Of a stretch of DNA of 64,000 nucleotides, positions 29,339 through 39,086 are shown in pieces. A program made the translations under genes and the position numbers. The stretch's first letter is position 1. Each line of letters begins with the position of its first letter. Source of the DNA: Minisyncoccota bacterium (GTDB lineage Bacteria; Patescibacteriota; Minisyncoccia; Phycocordibacterales; UBA1550); the NCBI GenBank assembly GCA_041660105.1, contig JBAZWZ010000001.1:523-64522 (forward strand), read 5' to 3'. The notes beneath the pieces are model-generated. The model was not told the origin of the DNA, made no database searches, and saw nothing but the letters and a program-made list of their open reading frames with translations.

Positions 29339-30262
29339 TTACATCCCTGTCATTTCCGGCATCGCTATTTCCGATACAGCTTGCCCAGCCATCAGCCTGT
29401 GCTCGCTTGCGGGCATCATAAACTTCATTATTATATTATCATACAAATCGCGATCAGGAGATGAATAAAAAGCCACAGAATTATCTTTGCTCTGCTTCGA
29501 GAGAGCATTGTATTCATTTTGGCTCAAAGCAACTGGCGATAGACGCACCTGCTCGACCCAACTGTTAAATTCCTCTTGAGAGGTTGCCTTCGCAATAAAT
29601 TTCATCCCATTAAACCCAAACCCACTGTAGTTGGAAGACATACCTGCATACTCCCCCGCCTCATTCGCCATTACATGAAGCTTGGTATCCATCCCCGGCA
29701 TCGCGTAGATCTGGCCCGCGAGCTGTGGAATCCAGAAAGAATTCATAGGCGCATCGGCAGTAATTTTGAAATTGACCGGCGTCCCCACAGGGAATTCTAC
29801 GAGATTTACCGTCGCAATATTGAGCTCAGGATAAATAAAGAGCCACTTCCAATCAAGCGCGACCACCTCAATAGTTATTGGCTTCACATTTGACTCAAGC
29901 GGTTTGTATGGGTCAAGAGTATGACTGCTCGTCCACGTGATAGTAGCGAGTATGGTGATGATGACGGCAGGGATCCCCCACCAAATGATTTCGAGGACCT
30001 TATTATTTTGCCAATCGGGCATATATTTTGCCTTCGTATTGCCCGCTCTATATCTCCACACAAACGAAAAGAGCATTATAAACACGGGGATGACCACGAC
30101 GAGCATCAGGCAAATCGCGGTGACGATAAGGTTTCTCTCTTCTATCGCCAACACGCCCTTAGGGTTGAAAACCCCCATATTATGACTACCGATGTATTGC
30201 GCAAAATAAAACACCATCCCAACAATTGTAACTCCCAGAATCGCAGATAAAATCTTTTTCAT
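29339..30262 (-). CDS. cyoA: Cytochrome o ubiquinol oxidase subunit II (quinol-oxidase type, no CuA cysteines)
   Basis: Start set to the internal MKKILSAILG. Cupredoxin-like C-terminal domain without the CxxxC CuA motif. Confidence 0.8.
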   Translation of the reverse strand: MKKILSAILGVTIVGMVFYFAQYIGSHNMGVFNPKGVLAIEERNLIVTAICLMLVVVIPVFIMLFSFVWRYRAGNTKAKYMPDWQNNKVLEIIWWGIPAVIITILATITWTSSHTLDPYKPLESNVKPITIEVVALDWKWLFIYPELNIATVNLVEFPVGTPVNFKITADAPMNSFWIPQLAGQIYAMPGMDTKLHVMANEAGEYAGMSSNYSGFGFNGMKFIAKATSQEEFNSWVEQVRLSPVALSQNEYNALSKQSKDNSVAFYSSPDRDLYDNIIMKFMMPASEHRLMAGQAVSEIAMPEMTGM

Positions 30263-30400
30263 TAGTTTATATTTTAGCACATTAAATACAAATAGCCACA
30301 ATAATCTCAAAAGATATACACAGTTGTCCAGATACCGTCTCTTATTGAAAAACACCAAACTATGCGGCGTTTGGTGTTTTTCGAGCTCATAGGGTGAAAA

Positions 30401-30877
30401 CTAGATGTACTTTCCCACGAGCGGGACCTGCCCCAAGAAAGTCTTTGCTCGCAAAACATTTCCAAGCGCAAACTGTTGAGCGGCTGGAGAGAGCGCTGAA
30501 AACGCAAAAATTACTGCATAAATAAAATGGTCTTCAACGATATACCCATGGGGAACAACAGGGAACGCATAGTGCGGGAAATAATAGATTATCATCATAA
30601 GTACGCCACACCACGCCGCAGGGCGAATAAACACCCCAAAGAAAAGTGCAATACCAATAAGAATAATCGCCGCGAGATTGAAGGGGTCAACCCACGCGAG
30701 ATTTGCCGGAGTTGCAAACCATGCATAAAATCCCGGAAATGTCTTTGCTCCCGCGAGGAACTTTGCCGCGGTGAACTGCGGATTAAGCGCGTTCAAAATA
30801 CCATCAAACAACATAAACCATCCGAGCGACATACGGAGCGCTACCGATGCAATCATTACTTTTTTGTTATTATCCAT
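30401..30877 (-). CDS. DoxX family membrane protein
   Basis: 158 aa, 4 TM; DoxX-like pattern. Confidence 0.55.
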   Translation of the reverse strand: MDNNKKVMIASVALRMSLGWFMLFDGILNALNPQFTAAKFLAGAKTFPGFYAWFATPANLAWVDPFNLAAIILIGIALFFGVFIRPAAWCGVLMMIIYYFPHYAFPVVPHGYIVEDHFIYAVIFAFSALSPAAQQFALGNVLRAKTFLGQVPLVGKYI

Positions 30878-30967
30878 AATGTTAGTTATTAATTACGACA
30901 CAATATATTATACAATAAATACACCGCTCAATATACTCACCCACCCTTCGCAAACACTACTCAGCGA

Positions 30968-33900
30968 TTATTTTGATTTCGGAATATGGAGCATAAACGT
31001 AGTTCCTTGTTTTGACGAGGTGAAGGTAATAGAGCCACCGAGCTTTATCGCGACCATCTTGGCGATATAAAGTCCGAGGCCTGTCCCCTCAGGGCGCATC
31101 ATCTTCGCATTTACAGCGCGGAAGAATCGATCAAACACACGAGACTGCTCATCCTCAGGGATACCGATACCAAAGTCCTGCACAACAAATGCAACACTGT
31201 TGTCCTCTTCCACGACATCAAAAATAATTTCTGTGCATTCTGGAGAATAATTTATTGCATTAGAGAAGAGGGTCCCGAGGACGATACCGAGGAAATTCAT
31301 ATTTGACTCCACAACAGGAACTGGGTGTTTCGAAAAATGCTCGCTGATTACGATTTGCTTGCTCTTTGCGGCAGCTTCTACTCCTAGCATAAGATCGGCA
31401 TAAAGTTCCGGCAGCTCGATTGGGTTCCTTTCAAAAGCAGTCTCTGTGCTTTCTATTCGAAGAGCCGCAAGCATATCAGAGACCAGTCGGGTCATACGCT
31501 CGTTTATTTTATAGATATCATCAAGATACTCTTTTTGTTTTTTTGTCAGTGGGCCGGGGATTTTCTTCTCAAGTGTTTCAATAAGCCATTTGGTGCCTGA
31601 GAGCGGAGTACGGAGCTGATGCGAAGCAAGAGAGAGGAAGTCAGAGCGCATCTTTTCAACTTCTTTTGCCCTCGTGACATCTTGTGCGGTTCCCTGCACG
31701 CCAATAAAGTTGTGCGCCTCGTCGTACTTTGCTTCTCCGCGTATGTTAACCCATTTCCTGACCCCATCAGGACGCACAAACTCGAGGTCCAAGCTATATG
31801 ACTCACCTGTTTTTATTATATTTTCCACCGATCTTTTCATCAAAGCTGAACTTTCTGGTGTATACAATTGCAAATATTCAGCAAGGGGGAGTGCCTTCTC
31901 TGATGGGTCTATGCCATATATGTGATAAAATTCTTCAGACCACACCGCGACGTCTGTCCTAGAATCCCAATCAAAACTACCGAAGTGTCCGATACGCTGC
32001 GCCTCTAGAAGCTCGCGCTCATTTTCGCGAAGTTCCTCCTCTGTTTTTTTGCGGTCTTCGAGAAGGCGAATGCGATCAAAGGCAACTGCTATATGGCTCG
32101 CCATCGCAACGAGATATTCTTGTTCAGATTTAGAGGGCACTTTCACACCCTCATCTCCAAACGTCCCCATCCCAATACTCCCCAGGTTGCGGTCAAAGAG
32201 GACAACCGGCACATTCACCAGCGTTCTGTTTTTCATTTTTTCGACAATCTCTCTATTTACATTTGGATCTGTCTGTGCGTCCTCAACAATCACAATCTCT
32301 TTTGCGTTTGCAATTGCTTCGAGCATCGGATCTCCTTCAATCTTGAGTGTCGCTGACACATCTTCCGACATAACCATGCCTGCGGTTGACCCCGTAGCAA
32401 CAATGGAGTGGGCATATTTCTTGTCCTCATCCAAGCGATACGCCCATACATTTGTGTATCCCATTACATCTTGTATCTCTTTTTGAGCTGCTTGAAGTGC
32501 ATCCCCGTATGTCCGCGCCTGCTCAAGGTCTCGCGAGAAACGAAGGAGGGATTGTGAGTGCTCTTGCTGTTCTTTCAATTCATCCTCAGCACGCTTACGC
32601 TCAGTAATATCTGTCACCATCCCATAAGACCCCATAAACTCTTTTTCTTTACTAAAGACTGGTACTGCAGAAATACTGCAAACGACGACACCTCCGTTTT
32701 TGTGAAGGAATTTTCGTTCGTAAATAGCTGACTTTCCTTGACGTCGTTCCTCATATTGACGCTCCTCGTCAGCATGTTCACTAGTATCAATAAACTCAAG
32801 GAGATCATGAAGGAGCATCTCTTTCGATTCGTATCCAAGCACATCTAGTATTCGTTTGTTTACAAACGTAAACTTGCGCCCCTGATCAAGCATCCAAATC
32901 CCTTCATTCGCAGTTTCAATGATACGGCTGTATTTCTCCTCGCTCTTTTGGAGCTCATGATATGCCAATAATATCCCGAGCGCATCGGCAATCCTGCGAC
33001 CAACTTCCTGAAAAAGTCTTTTCTCCTCAGTGGTCCACACACGCTCGTATGAGCACTGGTGCATCCCCACCATCCACGACGCTGCAACTCTGGGATGGAT
33101 TTCCATTACGAGTTGCGACTGAACTTGAAAATGAGTGGTGAGTTCTGGAGGAAGTGGCGGATTGGACTGTGAATTAAATACCACGGGGCCATCGTGCGCG
33201 CGAGTCGTTTGGAAGAGAACAGTCGTATCAGGGTCCACAGGGACTTCTATCCCAAAGGAACTTGCTCCTGGGTATTCTGGCTTCGTCCTTTCCATCGGCA
33301 CTTTATAGGAGAGGGTCCAAGGGTCACACGGAGTGATGAGCCATGCACGGTCGCAGTCGAAAATACGAAGCACTTCATCCAGTACATCGCTCATCATTTT
33401 ATCAAGATCATCAGATTTAATAATTACCTTATTGACTCTGTCCATACTCTCCATAAACCTAGTGTTCGCTTTGTGCTCCTCCTCAGAAATTATACGATCA
33501 GTAAGGTCCTCAAAGGTTACGACATTTCTATTTTCAAGAGAAGAAAGCGCAACTCTAACATAGCGGATTGTTCCATCCTTACACGTAACAGAAGTTTCTG
33601 GCGGCGCTGATTTTGTCTTTCCATTTGTTGCTTCTGCGATTCCTTGTGCAAATTTATCACGGGCGATTTGTCGATCTTCCTCGTTTGGATATGCCGCTGC
33701 CCACCAATGCTCTACGTCAGGAATATCTTCTATCGTATACCCAAAAAGCTCTGTGAACTTTTTGTTCATAATGAGCACCCTTTCTATACCGTCCTCAACA
33801 GTGTCAACAATAGTTGCGACGGGAGATTCTTCAATAATATTTCTTAGATTTTCCTCGGCCTCGCGACACACTTTCTCCGTTTGTTTGCTCTCAGTAATGT

Positions 33901-35215
33901 CCATAATAGCCCCCACGAGCCCTGCAGGCAAACCCTCTTCGTCAACAAACACTGCTTTACTGAAATGCACATCGTGCACGTTCTTGTCATAACCTTTAAC
34001 TTGAGAATCATATTCCTGCACACCACCACTCTTAAAAAGTTCATCGTCTTTTGCGTTATAAACAATCGCAAGCTCTGGCGGATTGATATCAAAAACCGTT
34101 TTCCCAATAAGTTTGTCTTTTGTAGCACCAAAGAAATTCTCGTATGCCTTATTGAAGCCGAGGTATCGCCCCACTCTATCTTTATAAAAGACAGGTACAG
34201 GGATAGCGTTGAGGAGCGTGGTGAGAAATGTATCATTCTCGCGTAATTTTTCCTCTGCCAGCTGGCGTCTGACAATATCTTGCTGGAGGGCAAACGACAT
34301 GTCTGAAAGTTTTTCATATGGCTCTTGAATCAAGACTATAAAAATCCCTTCATAAAGAAAGATGAATGCAGCAAACCTAAAAAGATGAGCGAGTACATTA
34401 AGCGTGTCGTATTGTGTAAACAAAAGGAACAGGAGAACATTGCTCATGAGAAGGAGAGTAAACGCAGCAAGATAGAGAAGATAAACTCTATTTTTTTCAT
34501 TTAGGTACATCCTCAGATACATAACATACGCAAGAATGAGCAATACTACAACAACCCCCTCAAGAACAAACGCGAGGGTTGTTGCACCCGTCCCATCAAT
34601 AAAGATAACGGGAAGTGAACTCTCAAAAAAAGTTACCCCGAGAATTACTGAGCTTGCGATAAGAAATGGGGCCGAAAATACAACTATTTTCCATAACCTG
34701 AACTTAGCGGGAATTCGTGAAATAAATGTACTAAGAAGGAAAGCAGCCAAAAAAAGAAGCTGTCCCATTATCCAAAATATAAGGGTTTTATTATTTGTAC
34801 TTGGCGTAATAAACATCGGCATTCCAGGGAACCCGAGGATATCCATCATATCAAGCATCCCGAAACCAATGAATGAGCTCGTTAAGAAAAAAAGATGTTC
34901 ATCACGGGAATGGAGATAGTGGAATACGCCAACCATAAAAATCGCGAATGAAATAACAATGGTAACAAGCTCAATGAAATCATGAAACAAGAGGTATGAA
35001 GCAGAACTAAAAACTATATAAAATTGTTCACTGAAAAACCATGCAATGAGTATGATCGCTAGGGGAACGAGCAAAGTTGCCACGAGAAACTGAACTGGTG
35101 AGGTAAGCTTCTTTGTTTCTTCTGGCGCTGTTTTGATTGGGGGCATATAGGTACTAAAAATAATATACCTATATTCTACTATTTTTATGAATATAATGAA
35201 ACAAGTAACGTGCAA
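30968..35215 (-). CDS. Multi-domain sensor histidine kinase (N-terminal polytopic membrane domain, multiple PAS/GAF, HisKA, HATPase_c)
   Basis: 1415 aa; H-box LASHQLRTPLS, N/G boxes (NAINYSP, GTGLGLYIAKMVAIKLGG), several PAS-like repeats. No response regulator adjacent. Confidence 0.85.
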   Translation of the reverse strand: MHVTCFIIFIKIVEYRYIIFSTYMPPIKTAPEETKKLTSPVQFLVATLLVPLAIILIAWFFSEQFYIVFSSASYLLFHDFIELVTIVISFAIFMVGVFHYLHSRDEHLFFLTSSFIGFGMLDMMDILGFPGMPMFITPSTNNKTLIFWIMGQLLFLAAFLLSTFISRIPAKFRLWKIVVFSAPFLIASSVILGVTFFESSLPVIFIDGTGATTLAFVLEGVVVVLLILAYVMYLRMYLNEKNRVYLLYLAAFTLLLMSNVLLFLLFTQYDTLNVLAHLFRFAAFIFLYEGIFIVLIQEPYEKLSDMSFALQQDIVRRQLAEEKLRENDTFLTTLLNAIPVPVFYKDRVGRYLGFNKAYENFFGATKDKLIGKTVFDINPPELAIVYNAKDDELFKSGGVQEYDSQVKGYDKNVHDVHFSKAVFVDEEGLPAGLVGAIMDITESKQTEKVCREAEENLRNIIEESPVATIVDTVEDGIERVLIMNKKFTELFGYTIEDIPDVEHWWAAAYPNEEDRQIARDKFAQGIAEATNGKTKSAPPETSVTCKDGTIRYVRVALSSLENRNVVTFEDLTDRIISEEEHKANTRFMESMDRVNKVIIKSDDLDKMMSDVLDEVLRIFDCDRAWLITPCDPWTLSYKVPMERTKPEYPGASSFGIEVPVDPDTTVLFQTTRAHDGPVVFNSQSNPPLPPELTTHFQVQSQLVMEIHPRVAASWMVGMHQCSYERVWTTEEKRLFQEVGRRIADALGILLAYHELQKSEEKYSRIIETANEGIWMLDQGRKFTFVNKRILDVLGYESKEMLLHDLLEFIDTSEHADEERQYEERRQGKSAIYERKFLHKNGGVVVCSISAVPVFSKEKEFMGSYGMVTDITERKRAEDELKEQQEHSQSLLRFSRDLEQARTYGDALQAAQKEIQDVMGYTNVWAYRLDEDKKYAHSIVATGSTAGMVMSEDVSATLKIEGDPMLEAIANAKEIVIVEDAQTDPNVNREIVEKMKNRTLVNVPVVLFDRNLGSIGMGTFGDEGVKVPSKSEQEYLVAMASHIAVAFDRIRLLEDRKKTEEELRENERELLEAQRIGHFGSFDWDSRTDVAVWSEEFYHIYGIDPSEKALPLAEYLQLYTPESSALMKRSVENIIKTGESYSLDLEFVRPDGVRKWVNIRGEAKYDEAHNFIGVQGTAQDVTRAKEVEKMRSDFLSLASHQLRTPLSGTKWLIETLEKKIPGPLTKKQKEYLDDIYKINERMTRLVSDMLAALRIESTETAFERNPIELPELYADLMLGVEAAAKSKQIVISEHFSKHPVPVVESNMNFLGIVLGTLFSNAINYSPECTEIIFDVVEEDNSVAFVVQDFGIGIPEDEQSRVFDRFFRAVNAKMMRPEGTGLGLYIAKMVAIKLGGSITFTSSKQGTTFMLHIPKSK

Positions 35216-35223
35216 AATTAAAC

Positions 35224-35263
35224 AAAAGAGCCGAGCACCAGTACTGGTGCTCGGCTCTTTTAC
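35224..35263. terminator. Bidirectional terminator (shared-core family)
   Basis: gagccgagcaccagtactggtgctcggctc flanked by aaaa and ttttac. Confidence 0.75.
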
Positions 35264-35281
35264 TTAATTTCGCACCACCCC

Positions 35282-36568
35282 CTACTTAAAAACTTCTGCC
35301 CACCATTCTGCAAATGCATTTCCCCACGACGGCGTCTTGCCCTTACCCCAGAAGAAGAGATTCTTGTAACGCATTTTGAGGAAGAAGTTGCGGCGACCAA
35401 AGCGAAGCTCCTGCGTAGGCCCTCCATACCAAGAGTTGGAACGGATGTAGAACGCCTTTCCATCACCCATATCTCCGATGCAGAGCACGACGGGGTTGAG
35501 AGGGATGTTTGCCTTCTCAGGGGTCATACGACCCACAGCAGCCGCGATTTGGCGACCAACGATTTCACATTCCTCGTGTCCGATTGAGCCGAGCTTTGGC
35601 ACCGTCACTGCTGCGCAGTCCCCCGCTGCAAAAACTTCAGGGTATTTTGGATTGCGCATCAAGAGGTCAGTAATCACAAATCCTTGATTGTCAGAAATTG
35701 AATTCCCCTTGAGAAATGCGTATGCCTCCCAATCAGGAAAAATGATTTTAATTTCCGCTTCAATCTTTTGCCCTCCCTCAAACTCGATGTGTGTCTCTGT
35801 GAGGCGCACGATATCGCGTGTGTTATTCACATAGTTAAATCCCATTGAGCCCGCAGCACCAAGAAGCGTCCCCACCACCTTCTCTCCCGCGTCTTCCGCA
35901 ATCACTGCAGCTGGCGTCGTGATGGTAATCTTCTTCGCGTCTCCCATATTGTGATTCTTGAGCCATGTCGCAAGGGCAAGTGATGTCTCTACGGTCGGAC
36001 CTTCGCATGCAGCGAGTGCCGCGGGGATACTTCCTGTTCCGTAAGGCTTCAAATTCTTCGCGCCATCACCCTGATGCCAGAGTGCAGAACCGACAACGAT
36101 AGGTCCGCCTTTATACCCCCCACCGTGAAGCTTCTTGCGAAGGCGATTTGCATGATAGAAGTCAGACACCGTATCGCCGTATTCAGCGAAGCCTGGAATC
36201 TTGTCAAAAGCGAGACGACACCCCACTGCGACCACCACGTAGTCATATTGAAGTGTGTGTGCTTCTGCTCCAGGACGCTCCGTCGGCACGTAGGTCACGG
36301 TCTTCGCATCAGCGTTGAGCCCCGTTACTTCTGCTTGGATAAAATTAATTCCATCCCTCTTGAGAGTCGACGGGATATCCATCTTGAGCGAATCTTCTGG
36401 GTCTCTGTTTTCGAAAACTTCGTTCGGAATATTTGGAACGAAGATCAAATAATCCTTGCGATCAATGACCGTGATGTCAACCGCATCTCCCGCATACTCA
36501 CGAACTTTCTGGGCACTTCCCATTCCTGCGAAGTTCCCGCCGAGCACAACCACGTGGGGCTTTTTCAT
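35282..36568 (-). CDS. FAD-dependent pyridine nucleotide-disulfide oxidoreductase (type II NADH dehydrogenase / sulfide:quinone oxidoreductase family)
   Basis: 428 aa; N-terminal Rossmann VVVLGGNFAG, second dinucleotide fold, GDCAAV motif, amphipathic C-terminus. Confidence 0.65.
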   Translation of the reverse strand: MKKPHVVVLGGNFAGMGSAQKVREYAGDAVDITVIDRKDYLIFVPNIPNEVFENRDPEDSLKMDIPSTLKRDGINFIQAEVTGLNADAKTVTYVPTERPGAEAHTLQYDYVVVAVGCRLAFDKIPGFAEYGDTVSDFYHANRLRKKLHGGGYKGGPIVVGSALWHQGDGAKNLKPYGTGSIPAALAACEGPTVETSLALATWLKNHNMGDAKKITITTPAAVIAEDAGEKVVGTLLGAAGSMGFNYVNNTRDIVRLTETHIEFEGGQKIEAEIKIIFPDWEAYAFLKGNSISDNQGFVITDLLMRNPKYPEVFAAGDCAAVTVPKLGSIGHEECEIVGRQIAAAVGRMTPEKANIPLNPVVLCIGDMGDGKAFYIRSNSWYGGPTQELRFGRRNFFLKMRYKNLFFWGKGKTPSWGNAFAEWWAEVFK

Positions 36569-36625
36569 ATTAAAGATATTTTAAGAACACTTGCCAGTAA
36601 TGTACATATTATACAGTAACTGCGG

Positions 36626-36685
36626 GCCAACTTACAACAGACACCGCGTGTGCCGAAGGCCACGCGGTGTTTGTTGTAAGTTGGC
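36626..36685. other. Long near-perfect hairpin (25-bp stem, 10-nt loop) without a U-tract
   Basis: gccaacttacaacagacaccgcgtg tgccgaaggc cacgcggtgtttgttgtaagttggc. Confidence 0.6.
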
Positions 36686-36700
36686 AATAGTAAACAATTA

Positions 36701-36919
36701 CTAACTAATTTTCCCCTCTTCTTCCTTCCTTGTCGAGATACCACATATTGTATAGAGCCCACAAAAACTCATCACGCTCGTAATCACGAGGACGCCCGCG
36801 AGAACGAGGAGCACTATCCCGAGTGTCCCGGTCACCGTGTTGGTGAAGTAAAGTCCTACAAAAACAAGTGCAAGAACGAGCCTAATTCCCCTATCCACAT
36901 TTCCAATATTTTTCTTCAT
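36701..36919 (-). CDS. DUF2892 family small membrane protein (YgaP-like)
   Basis: 72 aa; MKKNIGNVDRGIRLVLALVFVGLY is a typical DUF2892 N-terminus. Confidence 0.65.
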   Translation of the reverse strand: MKKNIGNVDRGIRLVLALVFVGLYFTNTVTGTLGIVLLVLAGVLVITSVMSFCGLYTICGISTRKEEEGKIS

Positions 36920-36983
36920 ATATTTTAAATTAAATTACCTAATGGACTCCCCTATAATTATACCCTTATTTTTCAAACAATGA

Positions 36984-37430
36984 TTAATTGTTATCCACAG
37001 CCTCCTTCTTCTCCTCTAAGTCGAGACAAACAGAATTCATGCAATACCTCTGCCCTGTCGCTGTCGGACCATCGTTAAAGAGGTGCCCGAGATGCGAGCC
37101 ACAACGAGCACATTGTACCTCGGTACGCAACATCCCACCGCTCATATCTTCGACAAGCCTCACTGCCCCAGGGAGCGCATCTGAATCAGCAGGTTCACGT
37201 CTTGGACGCAAAAAAGATGGCCACCCTGTCCCCGAGTCAAACTTCGCATCAGATGCAAAGAGCGGATTGCCGCACGCTACACATCGATAGACCCCCTCGC
37301 GATCATCGTGCAGAAGCTTGCCTGAGAACGGCGCCTCAGTCCCCTTCTCGCGCAAAACGTGATATGCCTCAGGTGAAAGTTTCTTCTTCAGCTCTTCATC
37401 GTCCATTGACGGGGAGAAATCATCTTGCAT
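36984..37430 (-). CDS. msrB: Peptide-methionine (R)-S-oxide reductase
   Basis: [24 protein letters not shown] Zn-binding and catalytic motifs. Confidence 0.9.
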   Translation of the reverse strand: MQDDFSPSMDDEELKKKLSPEAYHVLREKGTEAPFSGKLLHDDREGVYRCVACGNPLFASDAKFDSGTGWPSFLRPRREPADSDALPGAVRLVEDMSGGMLRTEVQCARCGSHLGHLFNDGPTATGQRYCMNSVCLDLEEKKEAVDNN

Positions 37431-37445
37431 AGTATTAATTAATAA

Positions 37446-38027
37446 TTACTTAACCGTTTTTAAAAGTTCTGTAAATTCTTTCTGTACCTTCTCAAGCTTC
37501 GGATTGATAATCATTTTGCAATATCCATTATTCACATTGTGTGCGTAATAATCTTTGTGACATTCCTCCGCAGGATAAAACGTTGAGAAATGCTCGACCG
37601 CAGTCACCACCGCTTCGCTATTGGTGGCTCCGTTATCAAGATCCTTAATAAATTTTGATGCTTCGTATTCTTGTTCAGGAGTTGTATAAAAAATTACTGA
37701 ACGATATTGTGTCCCAATGTCATTGCCTTGTCTGTTGAGTGTTGTGGGATCGTGTGAAGCAAAGAAAATAGTGAGGAGCGTATGAAAAGAAACGAGCGCA
37801 GGGTCAAACTCGATACGAACAACCTCAGCGTGCCCCGTTTCTCCCAATGAAACTTGCTCATACGTTGGATTTTCCGTTTTTCCTCCTGCGTATCCTGGTG
37901 TGACCGAAATCACCCCACGAAACATCTTAAACACCGCCTCAACACACCAAAAACACCCACCACCAAATACTACCACTTCCGTCTTTTGAGTTTCCATATT
38001 ATTACTAATAGTATACCCCCACCCCAA
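37446..38027 (-). CDS. msrA: Peptide-methionine (S)-S-oxide reductase
   Basis: GGGCFWCVE active-site motif. Confidence 0.9.
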   Translation of the reverse strand: MGWGYTISNNMETQKTEVVVFGGGCFWCVEAVFKMFRGVISVTPGYAGGKTENPTYEQVSLGETGHAEVVRIEFDPALVSFHTLLTIFFASHDPTTLNRQGNDIGTQYRSVIFYTTPEQEYEASKFIKDLDNGATNSEAVVTAVEHFSTFYPAEECHKDYYAHNVNNGYCKMIINPKLEKVQKEFTELLKTVK

Positions 38028-38190
38028 CTTTTAATACAGTACTTCACTACCACTACTATTATCGTCCACAATACCCCACTTCTCTCCTTTCTCCTCTCTT
38101 TTCTATTTCCTGAATAAATAGTTTTGAGATTTGTTTTTTCTTTTGAGCTTTCTTTTCCCTCTGTCCTTCTTTTTACTCTTTCTATCCTTA

Positions 38191-38230
38191 GAATTTCCAA
38201 TCGTGCCCTATAGTACCAAATTGGAAATTC
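38191..38230. repeat. Palindromic site, copy A (downstream of the PaaX-like gene)
   Basis: gaatttccaatcgtgccctatagtaccaaattggaaattc shares a 22-bp identical segment ctatagtaccaaattggaaatt with copy B at 38937-38974. Confidence 0.7.
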
Positions 38231-38308
38231 TGAAGGTAGAGAAAAAAGAAAATTAGAGTCTCAAATCAACCACTCCGTCGGCTTGCCACAGGGTGGTTGA
38301 TTTGAGAT

Positions 38309-38863
38309 TTAGATTTTGAAATGCTTTTTAATACTACCTACGTCCTCTACTTCCTTCGCGGTTATGATGCGAATATACTTGCGTACATCAAAACACTCAC
38401 CCGCAAAATCAATAACATCTGCACAAGGAAATGGGGTGATGAACACTGACTTCTGGTACTGGAGACACCCAAGTTTTTGAATAGCGTGTCCAATAGCGCG
38501 TCGCGCAAACTTCTTATCCTCAGGAATATCAAACATAACAATTCTCCACAAGCCATCCCACTTTTTTTGACGCATGATAGTCATCGACTTTAGCTTACTG
38601 CGCATTGCGCGCTCTTTGCCTGCTGCTGTTAAGACATAGTACTCTACTCCCTGCATCTTTCTTTTCCCTAAGTAGCCACGCTTCTCGAGTCGATCAGCCG
38701 ATCTCCGAATCCTCCACTGTTCTTGTGATGACTTTGGTCCAAAATATTTAAAGAGCTGAACTGCATTTGGCATCGTGACAGCGACCGCAAGCACCCCCAC
38801 CACCAAAAGTGTTGAAAGTAATATCTCAACAACATCTTCCTTTGTTGTATCTTTGAGTGCCAT
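38309..38863 (-). CDS. PaaX-family-like winged-helix regulator with N-terminal TM anchor and Cas2-like C-terminal domain
   Basis: 184 aa. N-terminal TM (VVEILLSTLLVVGVLAVAV), wHTH-like LEKRGYLGKRKMQGVEYYVLTAAG, then WDGLWRIVMFDIPEDKKFARRAIGHAIQKLGCLQYQKSVFITP, which matches the PaaX C-terminal (Cas2-like) signature. Confidence 0.5.
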   Translation of the reverse strand: MALKDTTKEDVVEILLSTLLVVGVLAVAVTMPNAVQLFKYFGPKSSQEQWRIRRSADRLEKRGYLGKRKMQGVEYYVLTAAGKERAMRSKLKSMTIMRQKKWDGLWRIVMFDIPEDKKFARRAIGHAIQKLGCLQYQKSVFITPFPCADVIDFAGECFDVRKYIRIITAKEVEDVGSIKKHFKI

Positions 38864-38892
38864 AGTTAATAGTTATAAATAGTTGCATTATA

Positions 38893-38974
38893 TGCATCTG
38901 TTACATTACTTGCATCTGTTACATTAAGAATAGCATAATTTCCAATTTGGTACTATAGTACCAAATTGGAAATT
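38893..38974. promoter_or_regulatory. Upstream region of the PaaX-like gene: direct repeat TGCATCTGTTACATTA x2 plus a 38-bp perfect palindrome (copy B)
   Basis: tgcatctgttacatta at 38893-38908 and 38914-38929. aatttccaatttggtactatagtaccaaattggaaatt at 38937-38974. Confidence 0.6.
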
Positions 38975-39086
38975 ATGGAAATAAGGGAACAAGAAAGGAG
39001 AACAGAGTGGTGTGGTGGGCGGGGAAATACCCTTGCGCATTTTTTACAATAAAGAAAACTCTGCACAAGCAGAGTTTTCCTTTGTC

